64,000 nt of DNA, taken from positions 38,750,001 through 38,814,000 of the forward strand of contig NC_134477.1 of NCBI RefSeq assembly GCF_964194025.1. Direction: 5' to 3'. Every line of letters begins with the position of its first letter. Within the stretch, counting starts at the first letter, position 1. Of this stretch, positions 26,701-39,191 are shown piece after piece. A program made the translations under genes and the position numbers. The notes beneath the pieces were generated by a model. The model made no database searches, had not been told where the DNA came from, and saw only the letters and a program-made list of their open reading frames with translations. This DNA comes from Convolutriloba macropyga. Lineage: Eukaryota.

Positions 26701-28299
26701 AAAAAGTCAAAACTGAAATTTTTACAAGTTGGGACTAAGATTTTGTACACAAATTACTTGGAAAAGACCAAGATGAGCCCCTGGCATCATAGCACAATTT
26801 TAGGTTTGACGCTAAACTAAAAATAAACAACCAACATTTTTATCTACATGTGTCTATAATCTTTTATATGGTGCAAAAGCGCATTGTCCACGTTATGCCT
26901 ATATTGAGATATCCAGTGTTTCAAACGTTAAGTCATTGCATTTGTCAATAAAAGCATATATTGCTGTTACTCAACATTTACTGTATGAAAATTGATCCAA
27001 ATTCTTTACTTGATTAACCAATAAGAAATTAAAAACCTTCAAGTTTATAATGATCTCAAAATTATGATCGACAAAAATATAAGTTAGTTTAGCATTATTA
27101 GACGAGAAGATAACAACAAAACTATCATAAACTGAACAACAGAAAAATAATTCAACAGAGTTTGTCACTAACTCACTAAAATAAAGGTACAGTCGTTTAT
27201 ACGAGCGATTGACTGACAGTTTTGACGACATTGTTAGTAAATTAGAACAGAACAGACACAAGAACCAGGCCGGTCTCAAGACCGAGAACCAGGCTGTAAA
27301 GTTCCGGTTCCACTGAGATTCTTGAGCATCTGTAACATTTGGTCCCATGGTTTGAAAAGCAACAAGACCAACAGCAAATTTCCAATTTATTTTATGGAAA
27401 AAAACGTGGCATTAACAATGGGCAGTAAGAGTTCTCACAAGAAACAGAAAACACATGATTGAAGGTAGCTGGACAGCACAAAACGTTGGAGAAATACAAA
27501 ACCGAGGCATCGAAGCCATTTTTTAATACCTTATCACTTTAGAAAGCTATCTGACACGGAACGAAACGATGACAGCAGAAAAAAACTCATGGGTGTTTAT
27601 TTGGGACGTCCGATGAATATGCCTGAGATGATAAATGTAGAAAGAGCCACAGGAGAGACAATTTTTATAAATAAATTATTTGAACCATGCGACGCCGTGA
27701 GCAGGTGCATGTTGGAAAAAAGAAGACAGTTGCGTAACGGGTACTCAGCAAAGCGCCAGTTCTTCGCAATTTTGATGAAAATTGCAGGTGGTAGTTAACG
27801 TTGTTGTGGAAAAAGAGTATAAAAGGTTTTTTAAGCGAGGCCCAGAAAGCTGTAAAAAAATTAGGTGCACCTCCCCTTTGCCCCGAGCCTTGGGTATTTA
27901 GTCTACTGTCCTTTAGAGGAATGAATTCCAAGCCAGAGTAAACTAGAGCATCGGTGCTAAGACAATCTGGGGTCTAGCTCTTTGAAATATCGTGTCGCAG
28001 AGCCTCAAGTCCCTCTGTATCTGAACAATCTTTAGGGACAAGCAGAGCAAACTTGAAGTGTAGTCACTCTTTATCTTTTGGCTCTGCAATCACAGTTGCA
28101 ACACTAGTCTGTGATGTCTGTTTCTGTGACTATCACTACATCTGTCTGGTCTGGACCTTACACAGTATTTCCTACCAGAAGATTTTCTTTTCAGATACTA
28201 GTTCTGGTCAGGGATGACACACAGTTTCCTCTTCCACTACTCATCAACGTTCATTGAATACAGTGTAGCAGTCGCCCTACGTTCCCTCACATCAGAACC

Positions 28300-29010
28300 A
28301 TCCCAGCCCTGCGTTCGTTGCCTAATAACAAGGGTCTCTGGCCGATTACTGTTCACAAGAGACTTTAATTGGAGTGTAGCCAAATCACTACTGCATGATC
28401 AGAACTTCATCTAATAGTCTCGATTTCACTTTTGTTACTTTGTTGGCTTTAGAATCCGTTAACTTTGTCCATCTTTCGCACATTGAGGACATTTCCAACA
28501 GGTATGAGTCGGCGAGAGTTGGTTTTCAGCGCCACTTTTGTTCACGGGGTCCCGTCAATAACCCCTTTTACTACCCTCTTTCAGGGGCCCTAATTCAATG
28601 CTCTGCCTCAATACCTTGCATCTCAAATTCTTGCCTGCGCTGATGTGAATTGGACTGGCAAGGACTTTTCAAAAACTAATTTGTTTTAAGTCCAAAGTGG
28701 TTTGTTGAGAACTCAACCCTGAGACTGTCAGGTTAGCTAATTTCCACTAACTGAGCTAGCTGTAGTTACCCAGGGGGGCCCACGTCGAGGTTAGTGACCA
28801 AGGTTGTGCCCTACGCTTCGGGCCCTTCCTCAGAAAGCATTCTTCGTTGCATTGCACAACCAAGTCCCCAGATGTTAGGTAGTTATATGTCACCTGCGCA
28901 GATTTAATGTTGAGAACACATTCTGGCGCGAAGTGTGTATGTTTCTTAGCAACTTCAAAAATTTCTATAGGGAATTGATTAAACATTATGGTTAAACCGT
29001 AGATCATAGA
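28300..29010 (-). mobile_element. Degenerate Ty3/gypsy integrase remnant
   Basis: HHCC-like H..HFA...DLVVQCNEECFLRKGPKR (28756-29007), followed by frameshifted PVQFTSAQ(G)QEFE (~28625-28660) resembling P..IHSDQG.EFE. Confidence 0.5.
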
Positions 29011-29399
29011 AGGTCAAATATAACGCTTGTTTCCCAAAAAAAAGAAATTGAGCCAAAAAAGACTCTAAAAATGCAGGAACTGAGGCGGGATTGAATGGAA
29101 GTTGAAAGAACGTGAAAGTAAACTAAAATTTACCATCAAAAAATGGCATAAACGATACTTTGAAATTAATCAGAAGTATTAGGAGGCCGTGAAAAAAGAG
29201 CAACGGCTCAATGTTGACGTGAAAGACGACATTCAAGATCTTTGCGATTAACAAAAGGCAAAGAAAATGTTAGATACAGCAAAAAAAACTTAGGAAGAAC
29301 AAAAGACTGGGTAAACGCGTCCAATGAAAACACAGCTAGAAAATCGTTGAAGAAAATGTTCAGTTCCCACGCAAGAAGATGTCAAGTGATACTTTTTGG

Positions 29400-32300
29400 T
29401 GCAAGAGTGTCCTGAGCTCCTATATGGCATAAGAAAACTCCAACTGAATTACAATCATTGATAACAAGATTTCAGAAAGAACTACGTTCTAGCCGAATTA
29501 GCACACCAAAAAAGACACAAACAATAGGGTTCAGAGGAAAATTAGGCAACATTTCAACTGATAGCCTAAGAAAACAGGGCTACTTAAACGTCCCATATGT
29601 TATTTACGCGCCAGCATTTCCTGGCAATTCTAGGGGTTTGGCCAAGCTCAATTTAATGAAATTTATCTAGATTGGCTGGAGTGGTCTCGCTTTTTTGATA
29701 TAAATATTTTCCGCAAACTGATGTTATTTCCGGTGTGCTAAAAGCAGGAAAATTTGGGTTGAGATTCGGATTGCAGTGATGCCATCCAGCTTGGAATGTC
29801 ATCTGCAACAACTTCGGTAGGCAACGTCTTATAGTCAGCTCCCAGCTCAAGAAAACCTATAAAAAATGTAAACTAGAGGATCCCAAATATAAGCACCCAA
29901 ACTAAATGTTCTAGAACTGTGTGACTCCAGCACTAAGTTTCTTTTGAAGACAATTAATTCTGTTGTGTCTTAGTTCTGGCTTCAAGGCCAAAAAATGGGA
30001 ACGTGCCAGACATACGGACTCATTTAGACCAAAATTTAATTTGGCTTCAAGCCTTCCCCTCCTGTCAAAGCAAGCAGCGACACTTAATACATTAGCAACC
30101 ACAAAAGCGAATGACAACATCAATGGGATAATTGGTGGGTTATTACGAGCTGGCCGCCAATGCGTCATTTAAGCGAAGGACAACGATCAATTAATATATT
30201 AGCACACACCACCCAATTCACCAATTAACAATAAGAAATTGGGTATCTGCGAAGAGGTGACAATCTGCTGGGATTAATATTACTACGAAATTTCTGTTTG
30301 CTAGTGGACAACACAAGTCTCTTGGAAAACGTCCTAAGAGGAGCAAGACGCTAAAGAATCGAAATTCAGGATACCATTGACGCAAACGTAAACGTAGGAT
30401 AGGTCAGTAAAGTTGAGGAAGCGGACCTGATTAAAGGAAACGTTTCAATGGTATTCGTCAAATCTCCTTCTTGAAAATCCTCCTGTACACAATAATGTCA
30501 GACATAGGTGCAATGTGGCAAAATATGAAAAATCAAGCTGCAGCTTGATTTTACAAGCTTCTATCCGAACCAGATATATTTCAGAAACTACTTGTTGTTT
30601 AGTTTTTTGCTTCCTAGAAGACCAAAAGCGTTATTTTCAGGTCAATTCTTCAGGCCCAATTTACGTCTCAGGCGCTGTAATCCGATGACTGGATTTTCTC
30701 TGGAGACAATTTCTTGTTCACAAAATGAAAGTTTACAGTGCCGATGACAAAATTTTGGGTGAAGTTTTTGAATATTTGTGCAAAGTGCGCTTCATTCAAG
30801 TGGTGAAATACAATGCAAACACCTAAGAAAGTGTCATTGAAATTGTTCAGTCGACCTTTCACGTGGTCATATGGCCAATTTTCTTAAATCAATTAGGATA
30901 ACAAAAGAAGAGTTAGATAATTATCAAAAGTTGAGAAACCCTCAGCTAAGAAGTGATTTAAACCAAGTGGATAACGGTTGACAAAAAAAACAGAAATTCA
31001 CAAAAGCCAGATCAGAGCAGGTCAACAAAAACAACAAAAATCTTAAGGCCGGATCATTGGTCATTATCAAACTTAGGAGTAGTTTGGAATGTTGATACAA
31101 TTAGTCTTATTTTCTTGAATTGAACCAGAAGACCCGGAAAGAGTAAATAATTAGAATTTATTCCACATTTTGGCAGTTGTACATAAGAAAATCAAAACTG
31201 TTCACCTAGTGGTGTCCTGATTTGAATAAAAACAAAACAACATTTCCTCAATCTACTAACTCTATTCTGAAAATTGTTGCAAAAAATGGACTCCACATTA
31301 TCACTGAAGCATCAAATAAAACAATGTTCACTGTAGCATATTTTAACCATCAAATGACTCTAAAAGGAATCCTTACGACAGGAACATGCAATGTGGCTCC
31401 TCTCAAATACTCGACAGTCCCAAACTTGACTTTTTAAGCAGCAGTCTGCGGAGTGACAGCTTAAAAACAGCTTTGAGCGAATACAATTTTTAGGTTCAAA
31501 AAATCTGTTTTGCAGCTTCATCATTTGAGGGATCAACAGTCCTGCATGGCTACGAAATGCCCACGCAGTGGCCCGAGTGCCATGAGCACTAAATTGAGGA
31601 ACTTCAAATTAGGAATTAGGAATTTCAATCTGACCAATCGTTTAACTCGAACCGATACAAGAGCTACAACTGAACTGTAATCTTCCTGGCAAAGTACATC
31701 AGGCAAGAGGAGAAACAAAAGGGACCTAGGAAAGCAATTGGGATGCTTGAAGTTAAAAAACAACATTTTGGCTTATCCAAACTAAAAACTATAATGTTTC
31801 CTAGTCAGTCAGTTTCCACCACCAAAGACATCTTTAAAACAATATTTGTTGCAAAATTGTCATTTTTTGTAATAGAAGACTCCCCTTTGAATTAACGGCC
31901 TATTAAAACTTTCAAACTTTGATTACAATGCAAATCTTTAGGAATAGCTAACAGTGAGACGTCTTGAAACAGCTAAGCGAAACCACTATTTACACAACAG
32001 GCAAAATTATTTGAAAAACCTTCTCCAAATGAATCATTGGATAACAAAATGCGCTCTGGAATATCATTTAAGGTGTGCCAACTGGCGTGTGGGCTAGCCA
32101 ATTTCACCCAAAGATGGCGAGCATTAACAAAAGACATAGATGAAAATGTGCTCCAATAAGCAGGAGTGTTTATTTCTTTGAGCCAAATGAGTTCACGTTC
32201 TACGACGTTTCTTGATGAAACTGCGCTGCTTTTTGGTAGACACTGACTATTTTTTAGCTGCAGTGACGAGGCTCATTGCAGGACTAAACTCACAAAGTAC

Positions 32301-33000
32301 ATTCATCAGCGACAACTACACAAATTTTGTTTGAACCTCAAGAAAGTGAAAACATTTCTGGATGAATCGGTCAAACTAAAGTAACTGAGCTCGAAAGAAG
32401 ATCGTATAGAAAAAGAACCCAGCCGGAGTGGAAACTTTTGTGCAATCTGGGATGGAATGTTTCGAAATCAAAGTAAAGTAACGGTTGCTTTTTTCAAAGC
32501 CTGTCCAGTGAAGCAGTTATTACAGGAATGTGACCTGTAGAGCGATAACTCTCCCTTGATGAGTTTTTGTCGGGATGATAAACAGCCCTTTCCCAGCCCT
32601 TTCTTCAGCCCTTTCCCTTGAGGAGTTTTTGTCGGGATGATAAAAAATTTATGGTTCCACACTTGCGATTCAATTAACAATGCCACAATATGAAAAATTC
32701 GTTCGAAACGGCTCAACCAAACAAGATTTAGAAATTATTAACGCTCAAATAACTTGGAAACAAGGAACAAGGAGAACTTGTATGGTTGGCGGAAAATTCT
32801 TTTAACTGACGCTAAACGAGCTTGAGCAAACTTATGAAAAACTTTTTGTCAACGATGGTACAATAAGTAAGAATCAAGATAGAACATGGAGAACTCAAAA
32901 TTTCAGTGATGAAATAAAGGCCAGTGTTTTACCACGTCGTTTTCGAGACCTAAAATAAGGCAGGCGTTGTTGTTGCTACTGATAAATAGCACCATAAACC
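29400..33000 (+). mobile_element. Degenerate BEL/Pao LTR retrotransposon pol
   Basis: Pao RNaseH signature LHIITEAS...VAY...GTCNVAPLKYSTVPNL..*AAVCGV (31290-31460), then GSTVLHG and NPAD.TR-like remnants; LTRs not found; ends approximate. Confidence 0.6.
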
Positions 33001-34374
33001 ATTACAGATTGAGAACAAGTCTTTGAAACAATAAGACTCTGAAACGATTGACTTTGAGAAAACAAAGACATCCGAACCAAATTTACAACTCTAAACCAAA
33101 TTTTTGACCACCCAATTTTGGGAAGGACACTGATAAGTAATCTAGGGTTATAATACGCGGCCTGGGTTGCCACCTATCTAAAAATAAAACAATCAGATAT
33201 CTTTTTCTTATATACATTTGTATCTATTGCCATTTACGTTGAGGTTATGTCTATGAATTAATAAAGTTAATAATATGTTAAAAGTTTAAGCCCTTTGTGG
33301 CTTATCTATGACCAAATGAAATGTCATTGAGAAATCTGGTTCTACGCGTTTGTCATCATGCCATCAAAGGCAAGTTAGTTCAGTTGTTTGAAAATTACGT
33401 GTGTATACAGTTTGCAATCATTTACTTAATTAGCCAATAAGAACTGAATGATCATGATATTATAGATGATACTTAACTTTAAATTTTTTGGATTCCATTG
33501 TTTTAGAAACTGCTCGAGTATTGTATCTAGATAAGTAAAAAACTGGGACTGAGAGCATTTGGCTCTCGAGATGAGTACAGATTGATTCATCGTTAACTAA
33601 ACTCTTTAACGATCAAGTTTCTGCTAAATGTTTTGATTGACGATAGTTTGAATTATGTAGGCCTTCTCGGGCAAACGGAAAGCAGCAAAATATCGTTTAA
33701 TGAACCCTTGGAAACGTCAGTTGAACATATACTATTGATAGCGCGTTCCTCAATTTCAATCAGGTAGAGTTGCAATCCTATACAGGAGTGAGCGACTATT
33801 GGTTTCGATAAGATCGTTAGCCAATTGGATCAGAGTGAAGAACCACGCTGGGTACTGAAAAGCCTGAGAACCAAATGATGAAGATCGGTTTCCATTAAGA
33901 TTCTTGAGCAGCTTTAACATTTGATCCACTGACCAGGCCCACAACAACAAGAACAGCAACGACTCTTCAATTTGATTTGGAGGAAGAAATTAGCTGAGAT
34001 TCTTAAGAAGCCGCATCAGAATGAGTGCGTAATTTACTGATTTCAAATTCTCAGAAACTATGCAATTATGGAAGGAAATTGGTTACTAATTTCCACGAAA
34101 GGGTTGAATTTAAAAATTACTATAATTAGGCTAAATGTCCATTTTTTTCTTCTTTTTCGTTTTTGCACTGTTGTATTCTGAAAAGGCGTCCTCTTTTACT
34201 GTTAACGACTGAGTGCAAAGTAAAAATGGTTAATTATGGGACTTTTTTCATTTGAAGCCTACTTTTGACTTCTCAATTTGACTGTTTTAGTCAAATCAAT
34301 TTTTTTACCTGTATCTTATCTGTAATAATCGAAGTATATTATAGGTTCCACGCGGAATCAAGTATGTCGAGACT

Positions 34375-34970
34375 CAATGTGAACGCACGAGGGGGGTGTT
34401 GTGCGTTCGAATTTACATAGTCTTGAAACATAGAAATATTCAAAAGAGAATGAAAATGAACGCACGGAAGTCTGGAAATGAACGCACTAATGTCTCGACA
34501 TCAACGCACTATTTTTTTTCTCTTTTTCAACCATGTTGAGAAACTGATATTTTTAGACTAATAATTTTTGCACTTTTATTCCGGTGTACCTACTCAAGGT
34601 AAATACGTCAATGCGGAAAGCCGAAACTCAGTTGAGTTCGAAATAAATAGCAAAATGGCAAATGCTAAAAGAATTGCACCCAGTCTTTCGCGTCGTGTTT
34701 AAAACGTTCACTTGTTGTGTTATAGAAGGTAGCTGAAGTTGAAAATAAAATAAATACAGCCCAAAGTATATTATAATCAGCCAAAAGAAATTCTGTAATG
34801 CTTTTTTAGATTTAGGCAATGCTAATTTCAAGTATACAAGTTGTGCTATTGCAGTTTGTCTGACTTTGAACGCATGAAATTATGTAAATGAACGCACAAA
34901 CTCTTGCGTAGGCACAATAATCTGGTGAACGCGCGGAAGTTTGAATTTGAACGCTCAAAAGTCCGGGGAA
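34375..34970. mobile_element. MITE-like element with TGAACGC(A) motif clusters at both ends
   Basis: About nine (T)GAACGC(AC) motifs in two clusters, 34379-34510 and 34867-34956; termini not resolved. Confidence 0.35.
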
Positions 34971-35480
34971 GGCAGGAAATTCTGAACAAGAATCTTCAGG
35001 TTTTCCTTTGTCAATTTCATAAGCACTCTTTGAAGCTTTAATTTAGTTAAAACTTAGTGCAGTAAAGGTTTGGTGAGTGGAATTTAGTTAAATTTTAAGG
35101 AGTAGAGTAACACAATGTGAATTTTTATTATCTAAAGGCCAAGGAACTCAAAACGAAGTTTAACTGGTTTCTGTTTATGAACGAATAACTAATTTCCGAC
35201 AAATTGGAAAGAACAAAGTGTTTTGGAAACCGGACAACAGAGGATTTTCTTTTCCGCAATTTAGCTTCATCAAAATTTGCGAAAAAAATCTGTCAGTTTC
35301 TAAGTATATTTCTGTGGTTGTTGTCCAAAAAAATCCATGGCCAAACAATCCAATGTGACAATTTTTCCAAAATATACCCATTTTTTTATGGTAACGTTGA
35401 AATTAGTATTTTAGGTTTTTGGTATTTTAGAAATTAGAAATGAGTATTTTAGCACAATATTTCACTTTTGCGTTTGGCCA

Positions 35481-36262
35481 CCCGACGAACTCAGAAACTT
35501 GCAAGTATCATGGAAGCAATCTTGCAAGTGATAACATACGGGTACCAAGTTGCATGAAAGATTCCTGAAAAATTTTTGAATTTGTTTTCAAGAATCCTGC
35601 AACCTTTTCGATTAACTCGAAAGATTCTTGCAAGTTTTTTGATCCATTTTAGAAAGATTATTTGCTAGATGAATTGAAACGATTGCAAGATGAATAAAAA
35701 ACTTGCAAGAATCTTAAAAGCTTCTAAATTCATATGCTTGAGAAAGGTGGATCAGAGTGGGGGTGCGGATTTTTGGAGCAAGAAAACTTGTTTTAGCTTT
35801 TGCGTGAGCCTTATTAGCTTCCTTGACAACTAGAGCCAGTGCATTACTGACCGCCATAATACGCGTAACCGTCCTAGCCAACAAAGAAAAAGCAAAGAAC
35901 CTATTAGCAAACACTAATGCTCGATAGGGTCACAAACGCAAGTGCTGGGTGTTATCGCACTGTAAAAACAAACAAACAAACAAACACATAGATGAACATC
36001 TAAATGCACAAGAATGAAATTTAGCATATTTACAATCATTTATCAGTAACAAAACAGAGATCGCACTGTTGGCTTCCCTATAAACAATTCGAAAAAAGGA
36101 GAAAAATGTTGAAAGTAATTGTTTTCGTCGTTTATTAAATTTAAGGTCAAATTTATGTTGAACAAGAAGGAGTTTGGCTTGGGGTGTTTGCAGTTTTTGA
36201 TCGGAAATTGAATTTGTATTCAAAATCTTTGAAGAAATTTGCAAGATTCTTGCAAGATTTCA
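35481..36262. repeat. CTTGCAAG motif clusters (degenerate MITE arms)
   Basis: Clusters at 35498-35714 and 36238-36260; same motif as 48201-48390. Confidence 0.45.
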
Positions 36263-36514
36263 CATTCAAAAGTTATTTTGAAGAAAGTCAAATGAAATCA
36301 TTTCTGCTAATTGAAGTTTTTGTAATTGTCAATTCATTTGGTTTCAGTTTGTGTTAGTTATCAAAAAAAATCGTTAGAAAACTCATACAGAAATTAAAAA
36401 CTCAGGACTGAAAGATTTTTAATCAGGACTGAAAATTTCTTTCCATTGATTCTAGTTTTAAATTTTATTTAATAAGCAATTGTTTGCTGCATTGTCTTTT
36501 CTATAGCAATACTA

Positions 36515-37285
36515 CCAGGATTTAGCCATGCCGGTGAATTTACATAGCTCCATCACTGAACTTAGCGGTGAAATTACATAAATTTAAATTCACCGCTTTG
36601 AACAAAAGTGTTCAAATTATGTAAGATAAGAGGTGAATGCGATGAAGTTACATTAATCCACCGCTTAACTTAGTGGTAAATTTCATAAACTCGCCTGAAA
36701 GAAAAAGCGTCAAAAATATAAGATTATGGGGGCAATTTTAGGGGGGGAACGAGGTAAGATAAGGGGGCAATGGGTAGTATTGGAGGAAATGTTAGATATA
36801 ACCCGCCTAAAATTACCCCCGATCTTATATCTTTTTGACACTTTTTTCTAAGCGATGAATTTATTCAATTTCACTACTAGAGTAAGCAGTCAACTAACAA
36901 TAAATCACCACATTTCACCCCTGAAATATGTAATTTCACCGATATAAATCGCAAATCTTACAAAAATATGTTCATGTTTTACAGAGAGCAGAGTGAATTT
37001 GATTTAAATTCAAAAGAAGAAACCCTGTATGTTATTGAGAAGTGGCGCAGTGGAAGAAGAGGTACCTGACGCGCAGGGGGTGAGAGGTTCGAATGCGTGA
37101 AGGGACGAACAATTGTAAGTGGTGCAGTGTGGTGACTTTTTGTAAGTTCACCGCTTCTCTAGCGGTGAAATTGCATAATTTCACCGCATTTTACCTCAAA
37201 ATTGTGCGAAAAAATTGCGGTGAATAAGAACAACTTTTCGCCGCTTTTCTTACATATTTTTCTGATTTTTATTCAAACCTAGAGG
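36515..37285 (-). mobile_element. Inverted diverged copy of the CACCGC MITE with an internal G-rich foldback
   Basis: Reverse-complement similarity to 10319-11143; 36702-36850 is a palindromic insert with GTAAGAT/G-run motifs; ends approximate. Confidence 0.7.
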
Positions 37286-37443
37286 TCCGAGATCGCAGTC
37301 ACCTCTGATCGGTCCATATTCCTCGGAGGTTGAAAATACAAAGTCTTGACAATCGACTGACCTGAAAGACGAAGTCAGTTTAGTCTATGAAGGCGTTTAA
37401 AGCGTGTCCAACTCATGTATCTAAAAAACAATTTAAACTGATG

Positions 37444-38036
37444 CCCTGTCGAGGAAAAATCCTAAAAGTTGTTTTTTTTACCGCAAATTTCGTAGATAAT
37501 TTTGCGGTGAAATTCGGTGAAATTATAATTTCAGCGCTAGAGTAAACGGTGAACTTAAAACATTGCACCACATTTCACCGCTTACTACAAATTGCCGCCC
37601 TTACACGGGGTCAAATTTCACCTCCTGCATGTCAGTCACTTCTTCTTCCGCTGCGCCACCTGCCACTAACTTCTAGGATATTTGTTTTGAATTTAAATCA
37701 ACTTCACTCTACTTTCTGTAAGATATGCGATTTTTAGCGGTGAAATTACATATATTAGCGGTGAAATGTGAACTTTAGTAAGTTCATCGCTTACTCTAGA
37801 TTACTCCGCTTACGCACCGCTTACTAAGTTTTATGCAACTTCACCACTAAGTTAAACGGTGAATTTATATAATTTCACCGCATTCATCGCTTATCTCACA
37901 TAATTTGGACATTTTTTTTTCAAAGTGGTGAATTTATGTAATTTAACTGCTACAAGGGGATAAAAATTTTTTTCACTGCATTTACTGCTTATCTTACATA
38001 ATTTTGTTTTGAATTGTGGTGACACCTCGACCCGGG
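37444..38036 (+). mobile_element. CACCGC MITE copy with TG target-site duplication
   Basis: tg|CCCTGTCGAGG ... CCTCGACCCGGG|tg; colinear with 10319-11143. Confidence 0.8.
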
Positions 38037-38065
38037 TGAAATTCAACAAAAAGTTACTTTTTCAG

Positions 38066-38375
38066 TTTGAGGCTCAGTATATTTTAAGAAAGGAGCAAAA
38101 CTCGTTGTCATGTATACAACGGAAATAAAATGGACAGTCTTTCGAATGGGGCGTGTGGACGACAGCAGATATTCTGGTACATAAACCCACTTCAGTTGTC
38201 AGAAAACGGATTCGCGATTGCTGTCATGGTGACCAGAGATCTGAAACGTTTTATTGCGGAGGTGATCCAAATGAGTTTGTGGAAAAATTAGATTTGGTTT
38301 ATGACAAGAAGAACTGGACTCAAGCTAGGAATTTTTGTTCTTCTGTTCAAGATACGGTCACTCTAAAGGCAAGGT
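38066..38375 (+). pseudogene. Exon-like fragment: Trp/Cys linker plus C-type-lectin N-terminus
   Basis: ...CIQRK*NGQSFEWGVW...R.RDCCHG...C.G...VYDKKNWTQARNFC; one in-frame stop; ttttcag upstream and GTAAAA downstream. Confidence 0.5.
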
Positions 38376-39191
38376 AAAAATGCTCAATCATTGTGAGTTG
38401 CGTGTCGAAAATACCCCCCTGATTACCCCCCCAAACTGACGTAAGAAAAGAAGGTAATTGTTCCGACCCCTCTTGAAGGGGGAGGAATAATATACTCAAA
38501 TGAGTTTTTTACAATTCAAAGAATTTGAATTGTATTGGGGCGCTTTCTTTTTTACGACTCGAAAAGGAGTAGTGGGGAAGTCCTTTATTTAATCAATTTT
38601 ATTGGAGTGAATTTTGAAGCGGGAAATGAAACACGTGAAAAAATTGGAGTGGTCTTGTTGCTGAACAAAATGAAGAGCGGAGCGAAAAGAGAGTGGTTTT
38701 TTTGTTCATACCGCTGTTTTCTAGAGAGCGAGAAATTGAGGTGTGAAAAAAATTCTGTAAATGATCGAAATATTTTGTTCAAGTGCGGCATTTTAAAGCA
38801 GTTTTTGTTTTAACTCTTTATGGTTACGAGGTTTAGTTATGATTTTCTTTTAATTTCAGGATGGTTCTGGTAGCGATTCGAACTTTTCTGGAAATTCATA
38901 TGAATTTTATGCTCATTCGGAGGTTTTTCATGTCTTTTGCTGACTTTCGGGCTAATTTTTGCGTTGTTTTGACGGTTGTTTTGTTTTATTGGCTCACATG
39001 AGTATTAAAAAGACCCCTTCTGCTGGAGAAAAATTTTGACAACAATTGATTACAGATTTGTGGATATGAATTGTTTTTTTTATTTTGTTGACAAATATGA
39101 CGAAAAATGGCAAAAATTGGAACTATTTTTCTTAATTTTTTGCAGCTTTTCTCTTTTTTTTACTGTTTTTTAGACAAGTGTATTAGCCTAT

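Noticed and set aside
37036-37110. Functional tRNA gene
   Set aside because: A and B boxes are present but no acceptor or anticodon stems can be formed; reported as a tRNA-derived segment of a MITE.
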